Part shown: positions 8,278-17,652 of the stretch, piece after piece
Layout: each line of letters begins with the position of its first letter
How positions within the stretch are numbered: the first letter of the stretch is position 1
Origin: an uncultured Bifidobacteriaceae bacterium
GTDB taxonomy: Bacteria; Actinomycetota; Thermoleophilia; Miltoncostaeales; Miltoncostaeaceae
Assembly (NCBI GenBank): GCA_964628685.1
Contig: CAZVNM010000005.1
Location: 136,141 to 200,140 of the forward strand
Direction of reading: 5' to 3'
Length of the DNA stretch: 64,000 nt
Notes under the pieces: generated by a model
What the model was told of the DNA's origin: nothing
The model's database searches: none
Seen by the model: only the letters and a program-made list of their open reading frames with translations
Program-made: the position numbers and the translations under genes

Positions 8278-8980
8278 CGGTCGCCTCCGGTCGCGCCGGC
8301 GTCGCATCGTCGGGACCGTCCGTCACGGGCTCGACCACGTCCTCCTCGTCGTCCTCGTTCTCGTCGGACCCGCCTTCGAGCACGATGGTCTGTCCCAGCA
8401 CGTCGGCGAAGTGGCCGGGGTCGTGCGTGGCGACCACCACGAACCCTCCGGCGGTGAGTGCGCGGTCGATCGCGGCGAACGTCTCGACGAACTCCCAGGG
8501 GTCGTCGAGGACGAGCGACGGCGGGTCACCCGCCAGGGCGCAGGCCAGCGAGAGGCGGCGCATGTCCTCCACGTCCGGTTCACGGTCGTCCCAGCGGGCG
8601 CGGTCGAGTCCGGCCGCCGTGAGCGCGCGCTCGGTCCCGTCGGCGTCGCGCCGGCCGGTGCGCAGGGCCATCACGGCGTCGACGAGCCGTCGCGGGCTGA
8701 GCCCCTCGGCGAACGTCCGGCCCTGCGGCCCGTACCCGACCTCGGCGGCCAGGGGTGCGGCGCCCGGGACGAGCCCGTTCACCTCGATCGCGCCGGACGC
8801 GCGGACGAGGCCCAAAAGCGCACGCAGCACCGAGGTCTTGCCCGACCCGCGACGACCGGTCACGAGGAGGCCCTGTCCGCCCGGCGACTGGACGGTCAGG
8901 TCCGTGACCGCCGGCTCGGCGCCGCGTTGGTAGACGACCTCGAGCCCCTCGACGTCGATGCCGGGGCGCCGGTCAGTCAA
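8270..8980 (-). CDS. ABC transporter ATP-binding protein
   Basis: Walker A GRRGSGKTS and Walker B-like PPSLVLDDPWE. Track ORF is 8270..9028. The likely start is TTG at 8980 (LTDRRPGIDVEGL), overlapping the ferredoxin stop. Confidence 0.75.
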   Translation of the reverse strand: MTDRRPGIDVEGLEVVYQRGAEPAVTDLTVQSPGGQGLLVTGRRGSGKTSVLRALLGLVRASGAIEVNGLVPGAAPLAAEVGYGPQGRTFAEGLSPRRLVDAVMALRTGRRDADGTERALTAAGLDRARWDDREPDVEDMRRLSLACALAGDPPSLVLDDPWEFVETFAAIDRALTAGGFVVVATHDPGHFADVLGQTIVLEGGSDENEDDEEDVVEPVTDGPDDATPARPEATDD

Positions 8981-9212
8981 TCGGCTCGAGGATGATCGCG
9001 TCCTGCGGGCATTCGCCGACGACCGCACGCACCTCGTCCACCAGGGCCGGGTCGATCGTGTCCTCGACCACCGAGGAGAGGTTTGTGTCGTCGTCCACCC
9101 GGAAGATCTGCGGCAGATGCGCCTGGCAGACCCGGTTGCCCATGCAGTGTTCGTGGTCGACGCGGAGGCGGTGCGCCACCCCGTCGATGTCGATGCGACC
9201 CATGCCGGTCAC
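8973..9212 (-). CDS. Small ferredoxin (3Fe-4S/4Fe-4S, actinobacterial Fdx type)
   Basis: CMGNRVCQAHLPQIF...VGECPQDAI cysteine pattern in a 79-aa protein. Confidence 0.7.
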   Translation of the reverse strand: MTGMGRIDIDGVAHRLRVDHEHCMGNRVCQAHLPQIFRVDDDTNLSSVVEDTIDPALVDEVRAVVGECPQDAIILEPID

Positions 9213-10558
9213 CCCCTGATGATCTCGAGGACCTCGTCGCGCCGGCGCTCCATGTCGGCCTCGGAGACGAGCGACTCCAGGTTGAGGCGGATGAGCGGTT
9301 CGGTGTTGGACGAGCGGACGTTGAAGTGCCAGTCGTCGTAGGCGACCGACAGGCCGTCGACGCGCGTCTGGGCGCCGTCGGCGTAGCGCTCACCGAGCCG
9401 GGCGAACACGCGGTCCGGGTCGGCGACGGTGGAGTTGATCTCACCGGAGATGTGGTACCGCTCGCGAAAGCCCGCCACCAGCTCCGAGAGGGGCCTGCCG
9501 GACTCCGCCAGGAGCTCCATCACCATGAGGGCCGGGATCAGGCCGGAATCGGCGTACGAGAAGTCCCGGAAGTAGTAGTGGCCGCTGACCTCGCCGGCGA
9601 ACACCGCGTCCAGCTCGCGCATGCGGCGCTTGATGAAGGCGTGGCCCACCCGGAACTCGTCGGGGGTCCCCCCGGCCGCGACGATCGCGTCGCGCACCGC
9701 CCACGACGCCCGCAGGTCGTAGACGATGGGGGAGGGTCCGGTGCGGCGAAGGATGTGGTCGGCCAGGAGCGCGGTGAGGAAGTCACCGGGCACGAACTCC
9801 CCGCGGTCGTCGATGAAGAAGCACCGGTCGGCGTCGCCGTCCCAGGCGATGCCGATGTCGGCGCCGTCCGCGCGCACGCGGTCGATGATGAACCGCCGGT
9901 TCTCCTCGAGCAGGGGGTTGGGCTGGTGGTTGGGAAAGCGCCCGTCGAGCTCGAGGTAGTAGGGGACGGCGTCGACGTCCAGTCGGTCGATCACGGCCGG
10001 CAGGTAGCGCCCCGCCATGCCGTTGGCGGCGTCCATCACCACGCGCAGGCCGCGGATGCGCGACGCATCGACCAGGCCGAGGCAGGCGTCGACGAAGCGC
10101 TCCAGAAGGCCCGGGTCGTCCGACCGCCCGCCGGGCGTGGCCGCCGGCTCCCCCTGTCCCGCGACGGCGCGGCGTCCCAGCTCGGCGATGCCGGTGTCAC
10201 CCGAGAGCGGCAGCGCCCCGGCCAGCACCAGCTTGGCGCCCGTGTAGGCGGGCGGGTTGTGACTGGCGGTGATGGCGGCGCCGGCGTCGTACCCACCCTC
10301 GGCGACCGCGAAGTAGACCATCTCGGTGGCGGCGTACCCCAGCTCGCAGACGTCGGCGCCCGCCGCACGGGCACCCGCGCAGAAGGCCTCGGCCATCGAC
10401 GGCGACGACAGGCGGCAATCGTGCCCGACGGCGATCCGGCGGGCATTCGCGATCGCGGGGAACGCAAGCCCCACCCGCTCCATGCCGGCCTCGTCGATCT
10501 CCTCGCCGTACAGGCCGCGGATGTCGTAGGCCTTGAAGACCCCGGGGTCGAGCGTCAT
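9209..10558 (-). CDS. Phosphomannomutase/phosphoglucomutase
   Basis: Active-site TASHNPPAYTGAKL, metal loop IAWDGDADRC, alpha-D-phosphohexomutase length. Confidence 0.85.
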   Translation of the reverse strand: MTLDPGVFKAYDIRGLYGEEIDEAGMERVGLAFPAIANARRIAVGHDCRLSSPSMAEAFCAGARAAGADVCELGYAATEMVYFAVAEGGYDAGAAITASHNPPAYTGAKLVLAGALPLSGDTGIAELGRRAVAGQGEPAATPGGRSDDPGLLERFVDACLGLVDASRIRGLRVVMDAANGMAGRYLPAVIDRLDVDAVPYYLELDGRFPNHQPNPLLEENRRFIIDRVRADGADIGIAWDGDADRCFFIDDRGEFVPGDFLTALLADHILRRTGPSPIVYDLRASWAVRDAIVAAGGTPDEFRVGHAFIKRRMRELDAVFAGEVSGHYYFRDFSYADSGLIPALMVMELLAESGRPLSELVAGFRERYHISGEINSTVADPDRVFARLGERYADGAQTRVDGLSVAYDDWHFNVRSSNTEPLIRLNLESLVSEADMERRRDEVLEIIRG

Positions 10559-11046
10559 GCGGCGAAGCCCTCTCTCAGCAGTGCGTAGGTCTCGTCGAGG
10601 TGCTGCGGGATGACGCGCGTGTCGCCCACCACCGGCATGAAGTTGGTGTCGCCGACCCAGCGGGGGACGATGTGCATGTGCAGGTGCTCCTCGATTCCGG
10701 CACCGGCAGCGCTTCCCTGGTTCATCCCCAGGTTGACCCCGTGGGGGCGCATGACCGACTGCACCACGACCTGGCTGGCGCGCATGAGCTCCATCATCTC
10801 CGCCGCCGTCGCGTCGTCCAGGTCGGTGAGCCTGGGCACGTGGACGTAGGGCACCACCATCAGGTGCCCGTTGTTGTACGGGTAGCGGTTCATGATGACG
10901 TAGGCCGTGCGGCCGCGGCGCAGGATATAGGTGGCCTCGTCGTCATCGCGGCGCGGCAGCGTGCAGAAGACGCACTCGGGACGTTCGGCCGGTTCCTGGG
11001 TCACGTAGCTCATCCGCCACGGCGCCCACATGAGGTCGCGTTTCAC
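10555..11046 (-). CDS. HIT family nucleotide hydrolase/transferase
   Basis: Histidine triad EEHLHMHIVPR. N-terminal CVFC zinc motif. Confidence 0.85.
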   Translation of the reverse strand: MKRDLMWAPWRMSYVTQEPAERPECVFCTLPRRDDDEATYILRRGRTAYVIMNRYPYNNGHLMVVPYVHVPRLTDLDDATAAEMMELMRASQVVVQSVMRPHGVNLGMNQGSAAGAGIEEHLHMHIVPRWVGDTNFMPVVGDTRVIPQHLDETYALLREGFAA

Positions 11047-11096
11047 GGGTCGATCCTAGATGTCCGGCCGGCCCGCGGGCTGCGGCGCCTGTGCGA

Positions 11097-12092
11097 TCAG
11101 AGCCAGCGCTTGCGGTGGAAGTACCAGAGGAGCCCGCCGACGAGTGTGACCATGAACCCCCCGATGAACAGGTTGGCCCACCACTGCCCGGCGAAGGGGA
11201 GGTTCTCGGTGTTCATGCCGTAGAACCCGGTCAGGAGCGTCAGGGGGAGCAGGATCGCCGAGAGCAGCGTCAGGACGCGGATCATCTCGTTCTGGTTGGT
11301 GCGGATGACGGCCTCGTTGGTCTCGTCGAGCGCCTCCACGACCTCCTTGAAGTTCTCGAGCTCGTCCCAGATGCGCTCGTTCTTGTCGACGATGTCGTCG
11401 AAGTAGAGCTCCAGGTCGTGCGGCGCGTAGCGTTGGGTGGCGCGCTCGAGGCCGCGCAGCGTCGGGCGCTGCGGCTTGATGATCTTGCGGAAGTTGATGA
11501 TCTCCTGCTTGGTCTTTGAGATGTCGCGCACCACCTCCTTGGACCGGTCCTCGAAGATCTGGTCCTCGATCCACTCCAGCTTGTGCCCGATCTTCCCGAG
11601 GATGGGGAAGCAGTAGTCGAACATGCGGTCCACGAGCTCGTAGACCAGGTGGCCGGATCCCTTGCTCAGGTGCCGGGCGCGCTCCTCCTCCCGTGAGCTG
11701 AGCTGTGCCCACAGGGCCGACAGCGGCTTCAGCGGGTCCTTGGGCAGCGTGATCAGCAGGTCCTCGGCCACGAAGATGTCGATCTCGGCCGCCTGCATCC
11801 GCTGGGTGCGCTTGTCGAAGCGCGGAAAGTGCAGAACGATGAACAGGTAGTCGTCGTACTCGTCGATCTTGGACCGCTGCTGGCGTCGGGAGAGCACGTC
11901 CTCGAAGTCCAGCTCGTGGAAGTCGAAGTTGGCCGCCAGCCACTGCGCGTCGATGCTGGTGGGACTCTCGATGTTGAGCCACGTCAGCCCATAGCCCTCC
12001 AGGCGCTGGACGTCGGCGACGGTCCGCTCAGGCGGATGGGCCTTGCGGGCGGTGTCCAGCCGTGAGCGGCGGATCTTGGGCAGGCTCGCCAT
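11097..12092 (-). CDS. corA: Magnesium/cobalt transporter CorA
   Basis: GFYGMNTENLPF (GMN motif) followed by two C-terminal TM helices. Confidence 0.9.
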   Translation of the reverse strand: MASLPKIRRSRLDTARKAHPPERTVADVQRLEGYGLTWLNIESPTSIDAQWLAANFDFHELDFEDVLSRRQQRSKIDEYDDYLFIVLHFPRFDKRTQRMQAAEIDIFVAEDLLITLPKDPLKPLSALWAQLSSREEERARHLSKGSGHLVYELVDRMFDYCFPILGKIGHKLEWIEDQIFEDRSKEVVRDISKTKQEIINFRKIIKPQRPTLRGLERATQRYAPHDLELYFDDIVDKNERIWDELENFKEVVEALDETNEAVIRTNQNEMIRVLTLLSAILLPLTLLTGFYGMNTENLPFAGQWWANLFIGGFMVTLVGGLLWYFHRKRWL

Positions 12093-12176
12093 CGTCGCTC
12101 CGTGCGAAGGTCGTGCCGGCGTCGGCGGGGGTTCCCGTCATCCGATCAAGGATAGCCGACCGGCGGAGTGCCGCCC

Positions 12177-12839
12177 CTAGTCGGCAAGGCCGTGGCGGTA
12201 GGCGTACCGCGTGGCCTCGGTCCGGTTGCTGACGTCCAGCTTCCGGTAGATGTTGGAGAGGTGGAACTTCACCGTCTGCTCGGTGACGAAGAGCTTGTTG
12301 GCGATGTCCATGTTGGACAGGCCCTCGGCCACCAGCCGCAGGATCGAGAGCTCGCGGTCGGTCAGGTTGCTGAGGGTTCGCGGCTCGGCCGCCGGCGATG
12401 CGTGTGCGCCGTCGCCGGACGCCGACGCGTCGGTGCCGACCGTGCCGCCGCGCAGGTGGACCGCCCCCTCGACGACCTGCCGGATGGTGGACGGCAGGTC
12501 CAGCGGGTTGATCGACTTGACGACGTAACCGTCGGCGCCGCGGCGCAGGGCCTCGTCGATGTGGTCCGAGTCGTCGAACATCGAGAGGATGATGACCTTG
12601 AGCGTGGGGTGGCGCTCTCGGATGCGCGAGAGCGTCTCGAGCCCGTCGCCGTTGGGCATGCGCAGGTCGAGGATCACGATGTCCGGGTCGACCTGCGGAA
12701 TGATCTCGAGCATGGCGTCACCGCTCTGCGCCTCGCCCACGACAGTGATGTCCGGTGCCGTCTCGAGCGCGCGCTTGATGCCGTCGAGCATCAGCCGATG
12801 GTCGTCGGCGATGGCGACGCGCATCATCTGCTTGGTCAC
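12177..12839 (-). CDS. Two-component response regulator, NarL/LuxR family
   Basis: Receiver domain VAIADDH...DIVILDLRMP, plus LuxR HTH LTDRELSILRLVAEGLSNMDIANKLFVTEQTVKFHLSNIYRKL. Confidence 0.9.
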   Translation of the reverse strand: MTKQMMRVAIADDHRLMLDGIKRALETAPDITVVGEAQSGDAMLEIIPQVDPDIVILDLRMPNGDGLETLSRIRERHPTLKVIILSMFDDSDHIDEALRRGADGYVVKSINPLDLPSTIRQVVEGAVHLRGGTVGTDASASGDGAHASPAAEPRTLSNLTDRELSILRLVAEGLSNMDIANKLFVTEQTVKFHLSNIYRKLDVSNRTEATRYAYRHGLAD

Positions 12840-12888
12840 GCGATCCTCCCGGTTTGCAGGCCCAGTCTATCGGGGTCCGCGGTCGCCA

Positions 12889-13335
12889 TCAGTCCGCCGG
12901 GCGTCCGTGACGCCGGATCGTCGCGACGATGTCGGACGCCGACGCGCCCTTCACGAGGTATTCGGCGGCGCCGCTTTCGAGGCCGGCCGCGACCTCCGTC
13001 GGCTTGTTGCCGATCGAGAGCAGGACGACCCGCACATCGGGCACCGCCGCCGCGAGGGCCGCGGTGGCGGCGATGCCGTCCAGCTCGGGCATCGAGACGT
13101 CCATCACCACGACGTCCGGGAGCTTCTCGAGGGCCATGGTCACCGCGTCGGTGCCGTTGTCGGCCTCGCCCACCACGGTGATGTCCGACTCGCGCGCGAG
13201 GATCCGTCGAAGGACGCTGCGGAACGCGGCCGTGTCGTCCACCACCATGACGCGGATCGGTTCGATTGGGGACCGCCCTCCTGGCTGGTGGACATGTCCG
13301 CCCCGTCGGGTCCCAGCTCCCGGCGGCGACGGCAC
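12889..13335 (-). CDS. Stand-alone receiver (CheY-like) response regulator
   Basis: IRVMVVDDTAAF...DVVVMDVSMPELDG...YLVKG with no output domain. The start is uncertain; the receiver domain begins near 13260. Confidence 0.75.
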   Translation of the reverse strand: MPSPPGAGTRRGGHVHQPGGRSPIEPIRVMVVDDTAAFRSVLRRILARESDITVVGEADNGTDAVTMALEKLPDVVVMDVSMPELDGIAATAALAAAVPDVRVVLLSIGNKPTEVAAGLESGAAEYLVKGASASDIVATIRRHGRPAD

Positions 13336-13367
13336 CGCGCCGACAGTGCTCTAGCATGGCAGTCCCG

Positions 13368-14588
13368 ATGAGCGAGGTCCAGCACGACCAGGCGGGCATC
13401 ACCGCCCTCATGTCCGTCACAACGCCCGGCGACGACCCCGCCGACGTCGCGGCCGAGCTGGGGCGCCTGCTACGGGCGATCTCGGACGCGCTCGGCGGAC
13501 AGGCGGCGGTGCTGCAGGCGGTCGACCCGCGCGAGGGCCGCTTCGCGGTGGTCGACTCGGTGAACTTCTCCGGCGAGCCGTTCGACCTGCACGACGCCCC
13601 GGTGGGCGAGGGGCCCGCGGGGCAGGCGCACAACGAGGGACTTGAGATCGAGGTGGAGGCCGGGGCACTGCCGCGGGCGCTGGCCGATGCGGGACTCCGC
13701 CACGCGGTCGCCCTCCCCGTGCGCACCCCGGAACGCTCGCACGGGGTCATCTGGGTGGCCGGCGCCCACCCGCTCTCCGGCGAGCCCCTGTGCCGCCACG
13801 CGGCGCGGGTCGGCGCCGAGCGGGTGGCCGCGCTCTTCGAGCAGCTGCGGCTCACCGAGACCCTCGAGCGCGCCATGGCCCAGATCCTCGAGGGCGACGA
13901 GCGCATGCTGGGACGGATCGGCCTGGACATCCACGACGGCCCCACCCAGCAGCTGTCGGTCGCGCTGCTCGAGGTGCAGCTCCTCGAGGCCGAGGTCGAC
14001 GACCTGGACCGCGCCGGCGAGACGGTGCCGGAACGGCTTCGCGACGGGCTCGGTCGCATCTACGAGACCCTGGGCGGCGCCCTGCAGGAGATGCGCGAGC
14101 TCATCGGCCACCTGCGACCCGCCCAGTTCGAGAACAACATCCTCCCCGACGTGCTGCGCGGTGCGGTGCGCTCGTTCGCGACGCAATCGGGGGTCATCGT
14201 CGACTTCGAGGCGCGCGGCGAGTTCCCGGACGTGCAGGTCTCGCTCACGCAGAAGATCACCTTCTACCGCATCCTCCAGGAGGCCCTCAACAACGCCGGA
14301 CGCCACGGGCAGGCATCCGAGATCTCGGTGCGGCTGCGCGAGGGCCCGGCGGGCATCACCCTGGAGGTGCGCGACAACGGCCGCGGCTTCGACCCGGCGG
14401 CCATCCAGCGTCCGAGCTCCAGCAACCCGCAGGCCCGCTACGACCTGTACGGCATGCGCGACCGCGCGCAGCTTCTGGGCGGGTCGCTGGACGTGTCGAG
14501 CAGCCGCGGGCAGGGGTCGATCATCACGGTGTTCCTGCCGCGGTGGCGCGGCAGCGAGCGCGGGCGGGTCGGTCAGATCGGTGGCTGA
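13368..14588 (+). CDS. Cytoplasmic GAF-domain sensor histidine kinase (HisKA_3/NarX-DesK type)
   Basis: H-box GLDIHDGPTQQLS. ATPase motifs LQEALNNAGRHG and VRDNGRGFD. N-terminal GAF-like region. No TM segment. ATG at 13368 (alternative 13356). Confidence 0.85.
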   Translation: MSEVQHDQAGITALMSVTTPGDDPADVAAELGRLLRAISDALGGQAAVLQAVDPREGRFAVVDSVNFSGEPFDLHDAPVGEGPAGQAHNEGLEIEVEAGALPRALADAGLRHAVALPVRTPERSHGVIWVAGAHPLSGEPLCRHAARVGAERVAALFEQLRLTETLERAMAQILEGDERMLGRIGLDIHDGPTQQLSVALLEVQLLEAEVDDLDRAGETVPERLRDGLGRIYETLGGALQEMRELIGHLRPAQFENNILPDVLRGAVRSFATQSGVIVDFEARGEFPDVQVSLTQKITFYRILQEALNNAGRHGQASEISVRLREGPAGITLEVRDNGRGFDPAAIQRPSSSNPQARYDLYGMRDRAQLLGGSLDVSSSRGQGSIITVFLPRWRGSERGRVGQIGG

Positions 14589-15210
14589 GGCGCCGCGGGT
14601 CAAGATCTGCGGGCTCACCGACCCGGACGAGGCGGCCGCCAGCGCGGCGCTGGACGTCTGGGCGATCGGCCTCGTGTTCGCCGAGGCCTCGCCGCGCCAC
14701 GTGGCCGGCGCACGGGCGGCCGAGGTCGCGGCCGCGATCCCGGCGGGCGTCGCGCGCGTGGGCGTGTTCGTCGACCCGTCGCTCGACGAGCTGGTGGACG
14801 CCGCCCGAGGCTGCGGGCTCACCCACGTGCAGGTGCACGGGGCCGCACCGTCGGCGCGGGCCACCCGCGACGCCACCGGGTGCGCGGTCATCGCGGCGTT
14901 CGCCGTCGCCGGCCGTGAGGACATCGCGCGCGCCGCGGCGTCGGACGCCGACATGGTCATCCTCGACACGTCGGTGCCGGGTCGCCACGGCGGCACCGGC
15001 CGCTCGTTCGACTGGGACCTGCTCGCAGGCGGGCCCATCCCCGGCCCCTTCATCCTGGCGGGTGGGCTCACCCCCGAGAACGTGGGTGAGGCCGTGCGGT
15101 CGGCCGCCCCGTGGGCGGTGGACGTCTCGAGCGGGGTGGAGCGGTCACCGGGCCGCAAGGACCTCGCGCGCGTGGCGGCGTTCGTCGCGGCGGCGCGAAC
15201 GGTCGCCTGA
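14581..15210 (+). CDS. trpF: Phosphoribosylanthranilate isomerase
   Basis: VKICGLTDPDEA...HVQVHG...DTSVPGRHGGTGRSFDW...ILAGGLTPENV. GTG at 14581 overlaps the kinase stop (GTGGCTGA). Confidence 0.85.
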   Translation: MAEAPRVKICGLTDPDEAAASAALDVWAIGLVFAEASPRHVAGARAAEVAAAIPAGVARVGVFVDPSLDELVDAARGCGLTHVQVHGAAPSARATRDATGCAVIAAFAVAGREDIARAAASDADMVILDTSVPGRHGGTGRSFDWDLLAGGPIPGPFILAGGLTPENVGEAVRSAAPWAVDVSSGVERSPGRKDLARVAAFVAAARTVA

Positions 15211-15216
15211 CACCAT

Positions 15217-16401
15217 GTGAGGACCATGGACGAGACCACGACACGATTCGGTGACTACGGCGGGCGCTTCGTGCCCGAGACCGTGATGGGCGCGCTGGAC
15301 GAGCTGGCGGAGGCGCTCGCGGGCCACCGCGAGGACGACGGCTTCTGGCAGGAGTACCACGAGCTCCTCACCACCTACGTCGGCCGGCCGACGCCGCTCA
15401 CCCGCGCGCACAAGCTGGGCGCCGAGTACGGCATCGAGCACCTCTACCTCAAGCGTGAGGACCTCTGCCACACCGGTGCGCACAAGATCAACAACGCGCT
15501 GGGGCAGATGCTGCTCGCGCGCCGCATGGGGAAGACCCGCATCATCGCCGAGACCGGCGCCGGTCAGCACGGCGTGGCCACGGCGACCGCCGCGGCCCTG
15601 CTGGGCATGGCCTGCTGCGTCTACATGGGGCGCGTCGACATGAAGCGCCAGCGTCTGAACGTGGTGCGCATGCGCATGCTGGGGGCCGAGGTGCGGCCGG
15701 TGGACTCCGGAAGCGGCACCCTCAAGGACGCCACCAGCGAGGCCATCCGCGACTGGGTCACCAACGTGCGCGACACCCACTACGTGATCGGCTCGGCGGT
15801 CGGGCCGGCGCCCTACCCCGAGCTCGTGGCACGGCTGCAGGCGGTCATCGGCGACGAGACGCGGCGTCAGATCCAGGAGGTCGAGGGACGCCTGCCCGGG
15901 ACGGTCCTCGCCTGCATCGGCGGCGGATCGAACGCGATCGGCATGTTCCGCGCGTTCCTGGACGACGTCGACGTGGAGCTGATCGGCGTGGAGGCCGCCG
16001 GCCACGGCCTCGAGAGCGGCGCGCACGGCGCCCCGCTGGCGGCCGGTCGCCCGGGCGTGCTGCACGGCTCGTACTCGTACCTGCTGCAGGACGCCAGCGG
16101 ACAGGTGGTGGAGGCCCACTCCATCTCGGCCGGACTGGACTACCCGGGGGTGGGTCCCGAGCACTCGGCGCTCCGCGACAGCGGCCGGGTGCGGTACGTC
16201 AACGCCACCGACGCGCAGGCGCTCGATGCGTTCCAGACCTGCACGCGCCTGGAGGGCATCATCCCGGCGCTCGAGACCGCGCACGCGCTGGCGGCGCTGC
16301 CGCAGCTGCGCGGGGACCTGGCCGAACCGGTCGTCATCTCCTTCTCGGGACGCGGCGACAAGGACGTGGACGCGGTCGCCGAGGCGGTGGGGCTGGAATG
16401 A
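15217..16401 (+). CDS. trpB: Tryptophan synthase beta chain
   Basis: [23 protein letters not shown]-lysine motif, GGGSNAIG, full-length. Confidence 0.95.
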   Translation: MRTMDETTTRFGDYGGRFVPETVMGALDELAEALAGHREDDGFWQEYHELLTTYVGRPTPLTRAHKLGAEYGIEHLYLKREDLCHTGAHKINNALGQMLLARRMGKTRIIAETGAGQHGVATATAAALLGMACCVYMGRVDMKRQRLNVVRMRMLGAEVRPVDSGSGTLKDATSEAIRDWVTNVRDTHYVIGSAVGPAPYPELVARLQAVIGDETRRQIQEVEGRLPGTVLACIGGGSNAIGMFRAFLDDVDVELIGVEAAGHGLESGAHGAPLAAGRPGVLHGSYSYLLQDASGQVVEAHSISAGLDYPGVGPEHSALRDSGRVRYVNATDAQALDAFQTCTRLEGIIPALETAHALAALPQLRGDLAEPVVISFSGRGDKDVDAVAEAVGLE

Positions 16402-17195
16402 ACGACGGCATCGCACGGATCGAGGCGGCGTTCACGAGCGCCGTCGGGGCGGCCTTCATCCCGTACGTCATGACCGGGTACCCGGATCTCGAGACGAGCG
16501 TCGGTTACGCCTCGGTGATGGCGCGCTACGCCGACGTCATCGAGCTGGGGGTGCCGTTCTCGGACCCGCTGGCGGACGGTCCAGTCATCCAGGCCGCCGG
16601 TCAGGTGGCCCTGGAGGCGGGCACCACGCCCGCGGAGGTCCTGCGGGTGGCCGACCGGCTGCGAAACGGGCCGCCGGTCGTCATCATGACCTACCTCAAC
16701 ACGGTGCTCGCGCCGGGACCGGCCGACTTCTTCGCCGACTGCGCCGCCGCGGGGGTCGCGGGGATCCTCATCCCGGACCTGCCGCTCGAGGAGTCCGACG
16801 AGATCAGGGCGGCCGCCCACCACCACGGCGTGGCGCTCGTGCCGTTCGCGGCGCCGACGTCGAGCGACGCCCGCCTGGCCGCGATCGGCAGCCGCGCCGA
16901 GGGCTTCGTCTACTGCGTGGCGGTCACCGGCGTCACCGGCGGGGGCATCACGATCGACGATGCCTTCACGGCGTTCCTCACCCGGGCCCGACGTCACATC
17001 GCCGCCCCACTGGCGGTTGGCTTCGGCGTACGCACGCCGGACGACGCCTCCCGGGTCGGCTCCAGCGCCGACGGGGTCATCATCGGCAGCGAGCTCATCC
17101 GCATCGTCAATGCGGCGGCCTCGCCGGCGGCGGCCGAGCGCGCACTGGACGAGTACGCCCGGAGCATCAAGCAGGCCCTCCAGCGCTCCCGCTGA
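16398..17195 (+). CDS. trpA: Tryptophan synthase alpha chain
   Basis: [18 protein letters not shown] motif, 4-nt overlap with trpB. Confidence 0.9.
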   Translation: MNDGIARIEAAFTSAVGAAFIPYVMTGYPDLETSVGYASVMARYADVIELGVPFSDPLADGPVIQAAGQVALEAGTTPAEVLRVADRLRNGPPVVIMTYLNTVLAPGPADFFADCAAAGVAGILIPDLPLEESDEIRAAAHHHGVALVPFAAPTSSDARLAAIGSRAEGFVYCVAVTGVTGGGITIDDAFTAFLTRARRHIAAPLAVGFGVRTPDDASRVGSSADGVIIGSELIRIVNAAASPAAAERALDEYARSIKQALQRSR

Positions 17196-17395
17196 CCGCG
17201 CGTCAGCGGCGGTGAGCTCGTCCGGCGTCCGCGACCGCGGCGGCGGCCGAGCGCGCTCCGGATGCGTGGGCCTGGAGCATGAAGCTGGCCCTCCAGCGCT
17301 CCCGCTGACCGCGCGTCAGCGGCGGTGAGCTCGTCCGGCGTCGCGACCGCGGCGGCGCGGCCGAGCGCGGCCCGGATGCGTGGGTCCGCGGTGCA
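17174..17395. repeat. Two-copy ~113-bp tandem duplication covering the last 22 nt of trpA and its terminator hairpin
   Basis: GGCCCTCCAGCGCTCCCGCTGACCGCGCGTCAGCGGCGGTGAGCTCGTCCGGCGTC occurs at 17174 and again at 17287. Confidence 0.85.
17189..17209 (+). terminator. Stem-loop containing the trpA stop codon; duplicated at ~17302-17322
   Basis: CCGCTGAC-cgcgc-GTCAGCGG. There is no T-tract, so terminator activity is not certain. Confidence 0.4.
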
Positions 17396-17525
17396 TCTCA
17401 CCGGCCTCGGTGCCTTCCGCTGCCCGCGCAGAGCATGGGAAAAAGGTCGGGCGCGATGCGCCGCCACCCCCGTCGAGGGACATTCTCACAGCCCGAAAGC
17501 CCTTCACTGGAGGGTTTGGACAGGA

Positions 17526-17548
17526 TTGTCCCGTTTCGATCGGGACAA
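17526..17548. promoter_or_regulatory. 23-bp palindrome in a low-G+C promoter region ~105 nt upstream of nirS (candidate operator)
   Basis: TTGTCCCG-tttcgat-CGGGACAA, a perfect 8-bp inverted repeat. It is followed by an AT-rich stretch and a strong SD (AGGAGG) before the ATG at 17653. Confidence 0.35.
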
Positions 17549-17652
17549 ATATCCACAACATGAGTGTGCGATGTAGAAAAGCCCCGGGCGTCAGATTAAG
17601 GTTGCATTATCGTCGTCGTCATGCGGCGGCGAACACGACCAGGAGGTGAGAG

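Noticed and set aside
17200-17650. Direct repeat of the tRNA-Asn 3' end (att site) marking the left border of a nirS island
   Set aside because: I searched by eye for TCGAACCTAC/GGACTCGAACC-like sequence left of nirS and found none. No integrase is present either.
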